Counted from the stretch's first letter, positions 15,090 through 30,670 are shown. The stretch: 64,000 nucleotides of DNA from Eledone cirrhosa (GCA_964016885.1 OZ024750.1:45384001-45448000); one strand, 5' to 3'. Translations and numbers: made by a program. Notes: a model not told the origin generated them from the letters alone.

Positions 15090-15230
15090 TTTGACGGTAA
15101 ACAAAAAAAAACAACAACGTGGAAGCGGAGAGGCAGTACGAATGTTAATATTAGTTTCACGCTTGAGAGTCTAAAGCGTGGGTGGGGAACGACGTTTCGG
15201 GCATAAGCACTTCATCAGAAGAAAAGTGGG
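15090..15230 (-). mobile_element. Family E element with minimal hammerhead core
   Basis: Minus strand CTGATGA-AGTGCTTATGCCC-GAAACGTC at ~15191-15218. Its downstream part matches 11600-11668, 18425-18500 and 52424-52495. Confidence 0.65.
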
Positions 15231-15496
15231 CGGGAAAAGAGTTCCGAGGGTATGAGGCTGAGTGGTGGAAAGACATTAAAAAGGGGGAGGAGAAAAGGGA
15301 GGAAAAATAATTTTTTAGGGTGTAAAAAAAATTAAAATGAAACTAGTGGTGAAAGGGTGTGAGGCGTGTATGGGTGGTGGTGGGTGGAGGTCGGTGGTGG
15401 CGGTAGAGGGTTGTGGTGGCGGGTGGAGGAGTGTGGAGACGGGAGAGGGAGAATATATATATATAAATATATATACATTTATATATATATATATAC

Positions 15497-15559
<63 letters not shown>

Positions 15560-15560
<1 letters not shown>

Positions 15561-15770
15561 CCAAATTTTATTTAGAAATGGCTTCTAAAGCACTAAAAAT
15601 CTTTCATGATTTCCTTCGAACGAAACAGTTCTAGTCCTGTGGAAACCATTTCTACATTAAATTTCATTGTATACACACTTTTAATGTATTGAATACCTTA
15701 CATTCTGCGGCTACCCTGATTGAACGCCAGCCTCATATATATATATGAGGCTGGCGTTCAATCAGGGTAA

Positions 15771-15775
<5 letters not shown>
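15560..15775 (+). mobile_element. Family C element (decayed hammerhead) with its 3' end mirrored across a (TA)6 spacer
   Basis: GAAACAGTTCTAGTCCTGT and tail AATGTATTGAATACCTTAC match 26108-26180. TACCCTGATTGAACGCCAGCCTC / GAGGCTGGCGTTCAATCAGGGTA is inverted at 15712-15769. Confidence 0.7.
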
Positions 15776-15812
<37 letters not shown>

Positions 15813-15816
<4 letters not shown>

Positions 15817-15998
15817 AACCAGTAAGACCCCGACAGCTGAGCTCAAGCCGTTTCGACGGCTAATTCAGAATTAGCCGTCGAAACGTCTTGAGCTCAGCTG
15901 TCGGGGTCTTACTGGTTCCTATTACCTACTCTACTACCTCAAGTATTGAGTACTTTGGTGCGTTATGGTCCACCTGGTTCCTTACCACATTTCCTTCG

Positions 15999-16000
<2 letters not shown>
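15813..16000 (+). mobile_element. Family B: 109-bp palindrome (15813-15921) plus ~80-nt tail, in (TA)n
   Basis: Centre at 15867, 54-bp arms with 1 mismatch. It retains only a CGAAACG half-core. Confidence 0.8.
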
Positions 16001-16039
<39 letters not shown>

Positions 16040-16681
16040 TTCAAATCCGAAAATGTGTATGATGAATCATGTTATGCATGTCTTACTTGGCTCTACTTAT
16101 AAAATGACAATTGTAAGCGAATCAGAAAGAATCTTGCACGATATTAGTAAATGAACGTCGGAGAATATAGCTGGGTGCTTTACAAAAGTCCCACGGCTAA
16201 TTGGTCTGTAATATTCTCAAAGCAGGGCTGCGGATTGACAGTATGGGTGGAGCGTCAGAAAAAATGATTTATGGCCTAGAGTTACGGCCATTTACCATCT
16301 GATTTCAAAACCTACCTAGGTTAGCTTTGCCTTTCATCCTTACATGATCGATAAAATAAAGTACCACTAATACAATGGTGACGATTTAATTGACGTCCCC
16401 CCTTCCCAAGATGGCCTTGTGTGTCTAAATCAGAAACTAATATTCTCTTTAGCTGTGCAGTTTTTGAATTTTATTCTCTTTTGTGTTGGGTAAATAGATA
16501 TCGGAAGTTGCCAATACATGACGTAGATATATATAAATTATAGTGTAATTCAGTTGAAATTAGAATTGGTTTCATTCATTTTTATATGACGCTATGATAA
16601 TATTAGTATGAGTTGAAAGTCAAAACATCGGTTCCAAATACACATGTTAAACCTGTTGTTATATATTAATTTCTTATTATG

Positions 16682-16753
16682 AATGTAACAGTAACTTCGA
16701 ATTTTCAGCCTGGTTATTTCTTCTGGCTGAACTTTCGAAGTTACTGTCACATT
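16682..16753. ncRNA. Pre-miRNA-sized hairpin candidate
   Basis: 29-bp stem with 3 mismatches and a 14-nt loop in non-repetitive sequence. There is no expression evidence. Confidence 0.3.
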
Positions 16754-16852
16754 TCATTTCTGGAAATATATTTTAATCTCTTTGTACATCTTCAGGTATT
16801 GTTTTAATGTTTTAAGTACAATTGTATATTAAACATACGCAATAACCCCTCT

Positions 16853-16954
<102 letters not shown>

Positions 16955-17061
16955 ATGTGTGTGTGTGTGTGTGTCTGTATGAGTGTGTATGTGTGGGTGT
17001 GTGTGTGTGTTTAGGAATAAAACCGTCTCTCTTATATATCTATATATACATACACACATAA

Positions 17062-17093
<32 letters not shown>

Positions 17094-17095
17094 GA

Positions 17096-17140
<45 letters not shown>

Positions 17141-17531
17141 TGTGTGTGTGTATACGTAAGTAAGTAAGTATGTATGTATAGATATACAACCTTATATCAG
17201 TTAAAAACTCATTGGAAATAAAGAGGAAATATCTAAGCAAAGAAACTAAATGAACCCCGAAATTACCAATGAAATTGGATATTCATTTGGAAGGTGAAAA
17301 CAAAACATTAGCAAAAAATGAAAGAAAATGTTTTGTACTAAAATATAGATAACATCTGACGACAAGATAATAACATTGGGCTAAAAATACTTAAACTGAT
17401 AATATTGTAAATCTAGGAACGGTTTATAATGAGAAACAGGAACACATAAAGACACACATACACATGCGTGCACATATATACAAGCACTCACACTCACTCA
17501 CAAACAAAGACACACACACAAATATATATAA

Positions 17532-17642
<111 letters not shown>

Positions 17643-17662
17643 TGTATATATATATATATGTG

Positions 17663-17696
<34 letters not shown>

Positions 17697-17769
17697 CAAA
17701 GTATATGCGAAAATTAAACGATAACACACACACAAATATATATATATGTATATATATATATATACACAA

Positions 17770-17800
<31 letters not shown>

Positions 17801-17959
17801 TATATAAATATACAAAGTATATACAAAGTATGTGCGAAAATTAAACGATAACACACACACAAATATATATATGTATATATAATTGAAAGGTATAGAAATT
17901 GTTTTAGCGAGAAACTAATAGTATTCTATAACATATATACGTATATATATAGATATATA

Positions 17960-18031
<72 letters not shown>

Positions 18032-18056
18032 TGTATATATATATATGTACACACAC

Positions 18057-18110
<54 letters not shown>

Positions 18111-18113
<3 letters not shown>

Positions 18114-18374
18114 AAGTATATGCGAAAATTAAACGTTAACAACACAGCAAACGGTACGTTATAAAGAGGATATGTTAGATTAACACATGATAAAGTAGGA
18201 AAAGCGTCTCAAAGTTTCAGACGTTAGTCCTTCATCAGAAGTTAGAATGACAAATAAAAGATATAGAAAGATAGCGGATATTGCCAAGAAGGGAAGCAAA
18301 AATTAATAAATGCGTGTGTTTAGTTTGCTTAATACAAACACACACACACACACATACATGCACACACACACACT

Positions 18375-18426
<52 letters not shown>

Positions 18427-18620
18427 AAAGGTAAACAGAAATAACAACACAAACGGTAAAATATATAGAAGGGATATAATAGGTTAACACTTGAAAAAGC
18501 AGGAAGAGGGTCTTAACATTTCGGACGCTAGTCCTTCACCAGAAGAAATAATGAGAAATAAGTCAGATTCAGGGGACTGGCGGTTTTTAATTGGAAAAAA
18601 TGTGAGATAAAAATAACAGA
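18111..18620 (-). mobile_element. Two family E elements with minimal hammerheads (18207-18242, 18511-18546)
   Basis: Minus strand CTGATGA-A-GGACTAACGTCT-GAAACTTT and TCTT-CTGGTGA-A-GGACTAGCGTCC-GAAATGTT|AAGA. Confidence 0.7.
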
Positions 18621-19813
18621 TCCTTTCATCTTGACATCTATTTCAAAGAAACAATGCACTTATTATGCGGCTCTAGCATCACTACATGATAATCAACATA
18701 TGAATTATTCAGTCGACACTTGTAAAACAATATATATATATATATATATAGTGAGTTAGAAACTGAGAGTAGTCTTTTACAATTAAATAGCTCTAAGAAA
18801 AAACCTTTTTCGAGCCGTATAATATAATTGAATATAATTGAATAAACAAGAGAGATGAACACTAATATAAACATACATGTGTTCGATGGTGAAAAAATAC
18901 TAACTACAGCAATATGGTTTGTCAGACTTAATCTTAAATATTAAATTAAGAAAAATAACAGACCTATATTGGGCAATCGCCTGGCAACAACTAGACTGTT
19001 TTGGAGACTGGGAAACAATGTGTGCGCATCTGAAGATGAGATGACGAGTGGAAAAAATGTTAGTCATACGATTGTAACGCCGTGATTTTGGTTGCTGGAG
19101 GGTTTTCCCATTTATTGTGAGCCCAGTCTAATCAGTTGCCAAAGAATGAATTGTATGTACTTCTAATACAAAAGGCCAGGCATATCACATACTGTGTCAT
19201 GTTAAGGCTCTCTGGGAATTATGTTAAATGTTACACGTGCTTGTGTCATACACGTGTAGTTGCAAGTTAATTTTACAAGCTGGTTGTTCCGTTGTTTGAA
19301 CGACTAGAATACTCATTATGGTAACCGGCATAGGTCCATCCTCTTGTGCATGTGTCTGTCTATGTATGGCTATGTGTGTGTATGTAAATAGAATTACATA
19401 GACACTCACAAATATTTCCATTCATGTGGAGCGAAGTCATTTTGAGCGAGGTTAATTTTGAGCGAAGTCATTTTGAACGAAATTATTTGTGTATTGCTCG
19501 AGCTGGCAAGTTCATAGGCTGACCAAGATACTCTCACGGAATAACCAAATGAGGATTATTTTTCTAAGTAGATTCTGCAAAGAAAAAACGCATTTATTAA
19601 TAAGAAAATTTGAAATTAATGCATACACTATTTCACAGCTCTTGCATCACTACACGGTTATCTGCATGGGTGATTTTAGGCATGACCTCTATGTGTTGGT
19701 ATTTTAACGATAGTTATAGCACTGATTTTACCAAATTATTGAGCCCTCTGCCACATATATCGTATATTGTTTATCGTGATTTCGTGGGCTGATATTCCGA
19801 TTCTCGATTATTC

Positions 19814-19875
<62 letters not shown>

Positions 19876-20563
19876 GTGTACAGATATGTTTGCATACACA
19901 ATATCAAAATACACACAAACGTATTTATTTCACGAGGCTCGGCAGCAGCAAAAGCAACAACAAAAAAGAGAGGGAACGCAATTACATGCTTTTGAAAAAT
20001 CTGAATGGAAATTATTTGCCTATTCACCCAAGGCGTCTTCACTTTTTATTAGGACTTCTACATCAATTGGTGAACATACGACGAAACTTTTTCAGAAAGG
20101 AGGGATAAACATGCCAATCTATGTTTAGAATCCTAGGCAACGCCGGGCCATTCTGCTAATATATCACTAAAAGAATTAATACAAAGACATTTTATGATAA
20201 ATCAATCGTATCTATTTAGCAACCATTGACAACAAAATGAAAAGTAAACACGTAAAACATCATACAAGACCAGTATGTGGTATATTTTTACTACAACCTC
20301 CCTAGTAAGCAAATCTTCAAAACTATATAACAAAAGTTTTGGTCTTCGAAACACAATTGGAATTTTGTTGATGGCGATGAAAACACTGAAAAAATAATAA
20401 TATGATGTTGAAATCGTGGAGAAAATGATTAGAAAACTTTGAACAATGGACATGCTGAGAATCGTATAGATGAGATGATGATGAGATCTTTTATTCCCTT
20501 TTTGTTGGTGAAATTTATGATCGTGCACAACAGATATACATATATTTATTTATGTTTGTATAC

Positions 20564-20662
<99 letters not shown>

Positions 20663-20683
20663 TATATACACATATATATATAT

Positions 20684-21050
20684 AAATGAAAATAGAGAAA
20701 TTAATGTGAGCAAGAAGCCAACAGTGTTTCGTAATATATAAGTGACTATAACGTCAAAATGGAAAATAATTAACGTAAGATATGGGAAAATAATTCAAAC
20801 TCAATTAAAATAAACCAAAACAGAGATTTTATCCACAGATTTTGTGAAATCCAGAGAAAAAACCAATAGAGTCTTAACTCTGAATAAAATAAACTTTAAA
20901 TACTCATCCTTCAATTTGGGAAAACTACAAATGCTCTATATAGTCTTAAAAAGACTATTTCACGAAACTTTTCAGTGGGATTAGTCACGGTTGGAGTCGT
21001 TCCTCAGTAGAACTCAACACTATAACCAAAAGCACCACCGCCAAAATATG
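20684..21050. repeat. Dispersed ~360-bp (TA)n-adjacent repeat (second copy 37787-38140, fragment 17883-17930)
   Basis: Colinear similarity, e.g. GCAAGAAGCCAACAGT, TACTCATCCTTCAATTT, AAAACTACAAATG and GTCACGGTTGGA. Class unassigned. Confidence 0.8.
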
Positions 21051-21057
21051 CCAATAA

Positions 21058-21089
<32 letters not shown>

Positions 21090-21529
21090 TATATGTATGT
21101 ATATATATATATTTAAATATATATACATACATATGTAGTATAGCATTAAAATATTCACTTGCGTGGAAGAGAGAATGAGACAGAAGAAAGGAAAGGATGT
21201 AAAGAAACGTGTTTTTATATAAATAAGTATAGTTTTATGAGTATGTACTAGGAAATAATATATATTTATAAATATATCTATAGATATATAGATATATAGA
21301 TATATATTGTGATATATAAGGACCGTCATATTGTAGTATCGCCAAGAAAAAATAACACATGTACCATATGTATATTTTCACTCAAGCTTTATTACTAGTT
21401 ATTCGTTAGCTCATCAAATATCTACCGTTACACATTATGTGACCTCCTCAATGACTATCTGTTCTATTTATGTTCCTCCTCTTCTTTCTAGTCTTAAACT
21501 GTTACTTCATATATCTATCCATCTATTTA

Positions 21530-21562
<33 letters not shown>

Positions 21563-21566
<4 letters not shown>

Positions 21567-22149
21567 ATAAGAAGAAAGAAGAATACTGCGTGGTTTGCAC
21601 ATGGGTTACATATGATAAAAATAGTTCTTCGTCAGTTATTTTCCAACCATCATTGGTATTTCATCGCATTAAAAATCAGATATCTCAGGTTGGTGCGAGC
21701 AATAACTAAAAAAAGTTATTTGGACCAGTAATTCGCGTAAAGCAAGGGGGACAAGTAAACAACATAGAAGGATAAAAGCAAACCGAAGATAGGAAAATAA
21801 ACAAGCAACATGGTTGTCCGGTCAGCATAATCTGGGTGGATTTCATGAGCGAGAGAAGTACAGACCGTGTTGATGTGTGTGAGATGTGAGCAAGAAGAGA
21901 CCCACACAAGCCAAACGGGAGGAAGTGAGAAGGGGAGAAACAGAGAGTGAGTGAGTGGAAATGTGAGGAAGAGGTCAGTCGAGAGAAAGTGTAACTGACA
22001 GAGGGAGCGAAAGAAGGTGAGAGAAACAGAGAGCGCGGGGCAGCGGTAAGAGAGAAACAGACAAACGCAGCCGAGGTAAATCTATATAAAAAAACATGAG
22101 AAGAAAGAAGAATACTGCGTGGTTTGCACATGGGTTACATATGATAAAA
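21563..22149 (-). mobile_element. Family F element bounded by 58-bp direct repeats
   Basis: 21563-21620 is repeated at 22092-22149 with 1 mismatch. The minus-strand half-core CTGACGAAGAACTA lies next to the left repeat. Confidence 0.7.
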
Positions 22150-22226
22150 GTATATACACATCAGTATATACACATACATATCAAGACATCTATAAATGTA
22201 TTTCCCCATCACTCTCCCCCTCTCTC

Positions 22227-22316
<90 letters not shown>

Positions 22317-22611
22317 TATATACTAGTCGTTGATAAAGCCCCCTCCCCACCTTGCATATATATATATATATATATATATAAAGTTGTACTCCTGTCTGTT
22401 TGTCTGTTTGTTTGTTTGTTTGTTCACGAACTCCTATGGTTTTCGAGATAGACCCCCATAACCATACATAATCTGAAACTACATTGGCCACTTGGATAAA
22501 TATATTTCATTTTAATCAAAGTGTTCCCCCGGAGGCACAAATCCCACACTGGCATTTGGTTGGACAATACATGCGTACCTTAGCGCCTTGTGCGTGAAGG
22601 AACACATATCC

Positions 22612-22777
<166 letters not shown>

Positions 22778-23457
22778 ATATATATATATACGCCGGCAGT
22801 GGATTTGGCCACATATTTCTACTTTGACGAGATATTGATCATGTCTAGAAATCATTCAACAGCTGCACATGCGGAATAGGATGAGAAATATTGCAAATAT
22901 GTTGTGGTGGATATTGAAGTGACGATGCGATGACTTGTGTAAATTTTAAGGTCCATATCTTCAATCCAATGTCTTAACTGATTTCGTCACATTCCACCTC
23001 TGGTGAGCAGGCGATTGCTTAACCGGGACATTATGGAATGATTAATAAAAAAATGTTCTGTTTAAGAAATACAAAATAATTATATAAATCTTCCTGCAAA
23101 ATCCACCCGAAGCTTTGAAATACAACAAATAGACTGGTAAAAACATTTGAAAATGCTCGAAAACGGTGCTTGTTATATTATACAGATCATGTCTAAAGCT
23201 GACCAAGTGCACCACTCTCAGAGATGTTTTCGGTAAATTCGACTGAGCCAATGAAAAACTCCGATGAAAGACGGTGAGCGTAGGCGGTGGCTATGCCAAG
23301 AATTGTTGTTATCTGTAATTAGACAAAAGATACTGGATGCAAGCATTACTACATGGCTGGGTCAGTGAACTGGTGCAAACATGCTTGGTGTGTTAGAAGG
23401 TTGTTGGTTGTTAGAAAGATGTTAAACCAAGTGCCAGCTTTGAATATATGTTATATA

Positions 23458-23563
<106 letters not shown>

Positions 23564-23664
23564 AATATATATACATATATATGTATATATATATATATAA
23601 ATATATATACTTATATATGTATATATATATATATATTTATATATATAAATATATATATATATAT

Positions 23665-24075
23665 ATGGTGGCTGCCAACTCGTTTTCGAGTACGGCTAAT
23701 ACTTTATATCCATCTAGGAGAACCCCTACCGATGCGCTGAACGAATATGACTTTTTAGTCCAGCCAGCGACTTGAAAACTCTGGTACAAACACTACACCT
23801 GTGACAATCATTGACACATAGTGCTGGGCCCATGGTACCATGTAACGACAAGTGCAGAAAGATCTCCAGATATAAAGCAATGCCTGTGCCGTGAAGCTTT
23901 TATAGTGAGCAAAGGCACTGCACAAAGCCAGTCCCACTCCCTTAACCAAGATGATATTTACCAAAAAGAAGAACAAGTCAACATCATTGGATACCATCAG
24001 GGTTGCAGGTGTTATATCAGAGTTGTCCTTCTCCTAGAATTCTGCCTTAACAAAGGCTAAGGGGTCATCTCTCCT
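23665..24075 (-). mobile_element. Dispersed repeat, inverted copy of 53890-54300
   Basis: ~410 bp of high identity, microsatellite-flanked at both loci, with the same ...GGCAGCCACCAT end. Confidence 0.8.
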
Positions 24076-24162
24076 ATATATACATATATATGTATATTTA
24101 TATATTTATATATATAAATATATATATATATACATATATATATACATATATATATACATATA

Positions 24163-24235
<73 letters not shown>

Positions 24236-24236
24236 G

Positions 24237-24305
<69 letters not shown>

Positions 24306-24332
24306 GATATAGATATATACACAGATATATAC

Positions 24333-24382
<50 letters not shown>

Positions 24383-24583
24383 GTAAACACACACAACAAC
24401 ACAAGCACGAACACACGCGCATATACATATATGTGTGTGTGTGTACGGGTACACACGGATACACAGTGTGAACGAGAAAAGTAAGGATGCTGCGATAGAA
24501 GGAAAAATAGAGGACAGACAGAGAGGGAGAGAGAGAGAGAGAGAGCAAGAAGGGTAGAAAAAGTGATATAAAGGGGGACAGAG

Positions 24584-24653
<70 letters not shown>

Positions 24654-25103
24654 TATGTGTGCGTGTGTTGGAGATTGAATGGTGGAAGTACGTATAGCCA
24701 TATCGGATATATTTATAATTATCAGTATGCAAACGTAAATACGTTAAAAAAAGGAATATATAGATGGAGGTTTAAAAAAAATAACATCGGTTTACAGAAT
24801 TATGATGTGTATAAAAACAATGAATATGTCATGAAAACGACTAATTAGTGTAATATGTAATTAGGCAGATGATAGACGAGAGAATACATTGTGTCCTGTT
24901 ATAAGGTTTTTTTTAATGTCTTTTACAAAGATAGGTGTTGATTATATAGTATGATACGGTGGCGTGGATCCACGTGGTGGTGACGTCTTCAATGTAAGTG
25001 GGAGGTTGTAAAAGGAATGGAGGTGTTGGTCGCGAACAATGCATAGTATATATGCGTATATATGTATAGGTGTAAACACACATGTATATACACAAATACA
25101 CTC

Positions 25104-25155
<52 letters not shown>

Positions 25156-25280
25156 ATGTGTAGGTGTAAACACATGCGTATACACATACACACACTCGTA
25201 TATATATGTATATATATATATATATATCTATATCTATATCTCTTTCTCTCTCTCTATATATATATGTGTGTGTGTATATG

Positions 25281-25356
<76 letters not shown>

Positions 25357-25928
25357 TAGAGAATGAGAGAGAGAGATAGATAGATATAGATATATGTATA
25401 TATGTATATATGTATATGTATATATATATATTCATATATATTCATATATATTCATTTTTTTTATATGCGTACACATATTTATATGTATATATATATAGCA
25501 ATATTTCAATAAAATGTAGATCATTATATGTTCATTGTAATACATGTAAAGGAGCCTCTCTAAGTGGTTAAAGAATTAGGCTCGCAATTGTAAGGTGGTA
25601 AGTTCGATTCTGGGCTTCGCATCGTGTTATTAAGGAAGACATTTTAGTTCACATATCTCCATTCAATTCAGATAAGTTACTACTATTCAATTAGCTAGTC
25701 TTATCAAATAGTGAATCTCCCTGACAGTTGTCTAAGATCGAGTGAATCTGGAATACTCAAACACTTTAACGTTAAATGCAGGAGCTGGTTGTACGATTGT
25801 ACTAACAACTGGAAGGATCCTCATCGTATCCGACTGAGGTCCTGCCCATACATACACACTGAAACATGTTAATCTAATAAATAAGAATAGTATATATGTA
25901 TGTATATAGTATATATTAATAAGAATAG

Positions 25929-25960
<32 letters not shown>

Positions 25961-26009
25961 TATGTATACATATATATATATGTATAAATATATATATATA
26001 TATGTATAT

Positions 26010-26208
26010 AAGTTTTAATATAGATGAGATTCTACAGGACTAGAACTGTTTCATTCTTTAGAAATCATCAGAATTTCTCCTGAGATTCCTGATGATTTCT
26101 AAAGAATGAAACAGTTCTAGTCCTGTAGAATCTCATCTATATTAAAACTTTTATACTCTGCAATGTATTGAGTACCTTACTTACTGTGGTTACCCGGAAT
26201 AACGTACC

Positions 26209-26210
<2 letters not shown>
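26010..26210 (+). mobile_element. Family C palindromic element (arms 26010-26071 / 26089-26150) plus tail
   Basis: Perfect 62-bp arms, 17-nt spacer, ~58-nt tail and TA flanks. Confidence 0.85.
26081..26135 (+). ncRNA. Type I hammerhead ribozyme motif
   Basis: TGAGATTC-CTGATGA-TTTC-TAAA-GAAT-GAAA-CAG-TTCTAGTC-CTG-TA|GAATCTCA. It has an 8-bp stem I, a 4-bp stem III and a GUA site, with the predicted cut after 26127. Confidence 0.85.
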
Positions 26211-26287
<77 letters not shown>

Positions 26288-26778
26288 ATACATATATCTA
26301 TAAATATATACATATATATATAAATAAATGTATATGTGTGTATGTGTATGTATGTATATATGTATATACTAAATAGTGTGTGTGGGGGTGGGTGGGGTTT
26401 TTTTTTAATGTGGATAACTTTGATTACTGTATATTTATTTCTGTTTTACCAAGTTTTCTGTTGTATTTCTTTTGTCTATTATGGAAATGTATTGACTATA
26501 GAATAAGATCGAAGCGAAAACGTGCATATATACATGTGTGAGTGTGTATGTATAAATATGTATGTATGTATGTATTTATGTATGTAGGTCTGTATGTATA
26601 AATGTATGTAATTATTTATGTAATTACGTATATATGTATGTAAATATATATGTATGTGTGTATGTGTATATTTACATATATGTATGTAAATATATACGTT
26701 TGTCTACATATGTATATATCTATATGTATATATCTATGCATATGTATATAAATATATACATATAAATAACTAGTCAGC

Positions 26779-26825
<47 letters not shown>

Positions 26826-26962
26826 ACACACATATATACATATAAGTAAATTGTTATGCCTGTATATGTATATTGTATTCTTATCTATTTCAACGTGTAT
26901 ATTAACATAAATATTTGTATATATACATATATTGTAAATGTGTAAATACATACTCCATAAAT

Positions 26963-26993
<31 letters not shown>

Positions 26994-26995
26994 TA

Positions 26996-27031
<36 letters not shown>

Positions 27032-27079
27032 TGTATGTATGTATGTATGTATGTATGTATGTATGTATGTATGTATAAG

Positions 27080-27131
<52 letters not shown>

Positions 27132-27185
27132 CAAAAATACATTTGCATACATACAACATACGTATGTATATATATATGTACATAT

Positions 27186-27301
<116 letters not shown>

Positions 27302-27340
27302 TGCATATATACATACGTATATATATGTGTGTGTACATAT

Positions 27341-27438
<98 letters not shown>

Positions 27439-29243
27439 TTATTCGTTTATTCATACATATATTTATTTATTTATATCCATACACATATATATAAAGGCTG
27501 GAATATTGTTAGATAAGTAAATTTATTTCCTCTGTCTGTATGTTACATACAGCCAATAGCTATGTAAATTAATTACGGTGGCAACAGCTATAATTTCCTA
27601 ACTTAATTGCGGATACAACCTACACGTGTATTGTGAATTCCAATATATTTTTCTTACCTGAAATACTAGTTTTAACATCCATTTAGTTTCTTCGTATTTG
27701 TGTAAATAATATTCTTTAAACATGAAAACAGTGCCAGGAAAATACTGCATTTAAGCATAATATTTACCTTGCCAATAATAATTAGGGAAATATAAAAATT
27801 CAGCTCATTTGCAACCGTAATCAAGAGTATTATTATATTTCACCAAAGTCGGCCATATTGTTTTTTTCTCTATTTTATTGTGAAAATAAAGAAAGATAGC
27901 AGACGTTCTTTATATCTTGAATATGAGTTTATTGTACGATAATTTTCTAAGGTCTAATATATGATATGATACCTTCATTTGATATATATTTTCAACTCAA
28001 TTGAATTATTTATTTTTTGTTTCAGTGTATATGGCGGATACAGCGTGTCGCTTGTTTGACTCAACGAGAATTCTATTTCCTAAAAGATTGACGATCTTTT
28101 CACACACCCTCACCAGCAGTGTTCTGTGACAATATATCAATACGTTTAACCACCTATCACCCAAGTACAATTACATGTTAATACGTACATTGTTTATCGT
28201 ATTTCTCTGCTGTAAACAGTGTAGAGTGTTGTATAATAATACAACTGCGTTCCGTTCGCTCGCAGTCTTAGGTTATCTCTAAGTTGCTATTAGAAAGGCA
28301 TGGTGGTACATATATATTAGGTGAAAAATAACATGTTCTATAGCGAAGATAAACATTCACATACTAATATTCAACATAACCCTCCAGGGATGTCATACAA
28401 ATTATTGAAAATGTACTTTATTATTTATATTTCTGATTACGAAAAATATTTATATGTATATAATTTTCGTATTTATTGTTTTGAAGAAACAATATGGTTG
28501 TTGCTCAAAGTACACACACACACACGAACTGTTGATTTTCAGTGTTTGTAAGTTGATTTCGCTCACAGGTTGATTTAGCTTGATTACTTAATTACAAATA
28601 AATGTATATCTATATTCTCTATGAAATCATTTGATTACCATAATTAATATTGATTTTATCATGTATACAATACCCATTGTATATATATTTTTAGTGAAAA
28701 CGTCCGGATGGATTTCATTTGTATGTATGATTGAAAATTTGATCTTGATTTGAAATACTTATTACAATACAATGGCAGCTTGAGTATTTTGGTTTCCAAT
28801 AGTCAGACGAGAGTAAGAATAATCAGATAAATGAGCTGCTTCTATTAACAACTGCATCTTACAGGAATTGATGGAAATCATTACAGTGACTGGAAAATAA
28901 TCATTTAAGTTTGTGACATGATATGATGCTAAGACTCGAAATAAAGTATTTAAATACGGAATCACTCCCTGTTCTGTATGTCAACATTTTGGAGATATTC
29001 AATATATATATATATATATATATATGCATATATATATATAATTTAAATTATTTGAATCTCTAACAGTTATCTAAATTGCTATTATGTATTTTTTAAGCTT
29101 TCTCACACGCACCCTCTGTATTATATGTAATTTATTCCTGTCTCAATCTTAAGGTATATAAATATTGAGTATTGTCATATCTTATTCACTACCATGACTG
29201 AATTTTAACCATCTACTAAGTCAGGGTATGTCATGCATCATCT

Positions 29244-29310
29244 TATTTTATCTGATGAGGATGTACTCGTGAAGATAGCTCAGTACCTCTGAAATATGTA
29301 TAATAAAATA
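29244..29310 (+). ncRNA. Minimal type I hammerhead motif within a (TA)n-flanked element (~29045-29450)
   Basis: TATTTTAT-CTGATGA-GGATGTACT...AGTACCTCT-GAAA-TATGTATA|ATAAAATA, with an 8-bp stem I and an AUA triplet. Confidence 0.75.
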
Positions 29311-29495
29311 TACTTGATCACTCGAATATCTATTTGTGTTAATATTTTGAATTAATATTAATAACTCCTGAAAACCAAACTGTGGAGTGCTTTCAATCTA
29401 TTGTAAAACCCATTCTTTGATTTATTCATTGAACCTTGTTTAACCTTTAAATATATATATATATGTATATATATATATGTCTATATGTATATATG

Positions 29496-29527
<32 letters not shown>

Positions 29528-29537
29528 CATATATATA

Positions 29538-29590
<53 letters not shown>

Positions 29591-29671
29591 ATAATACATT
29601 TGAAGACTAAAATCCAAAGAGAGCTCCATAAGGACAAATATATATCAAATATATAAGAACCGTAGAGCAAA

Positions 29672-30660
<989 letters not shown>

Positions 30661-30670
30661 TATATATATC

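Noticed and set aside
19429-19487. 15-bp repeat GAGCGAAGTCATTTT x4
   Set aside because: Resembles DNA-transposon subterminal repeats, but no partner end or TSD was found.
22790-23440. Possible transposase or exon remnant
   Set aside because: No frame gives a motif I can identify with confidence.
23755-24060. ORFs conserved between 23.8 kb and 54 kb
   Set aside because: Conservation reflects two copies of one repeat; no recognisable protein motif.
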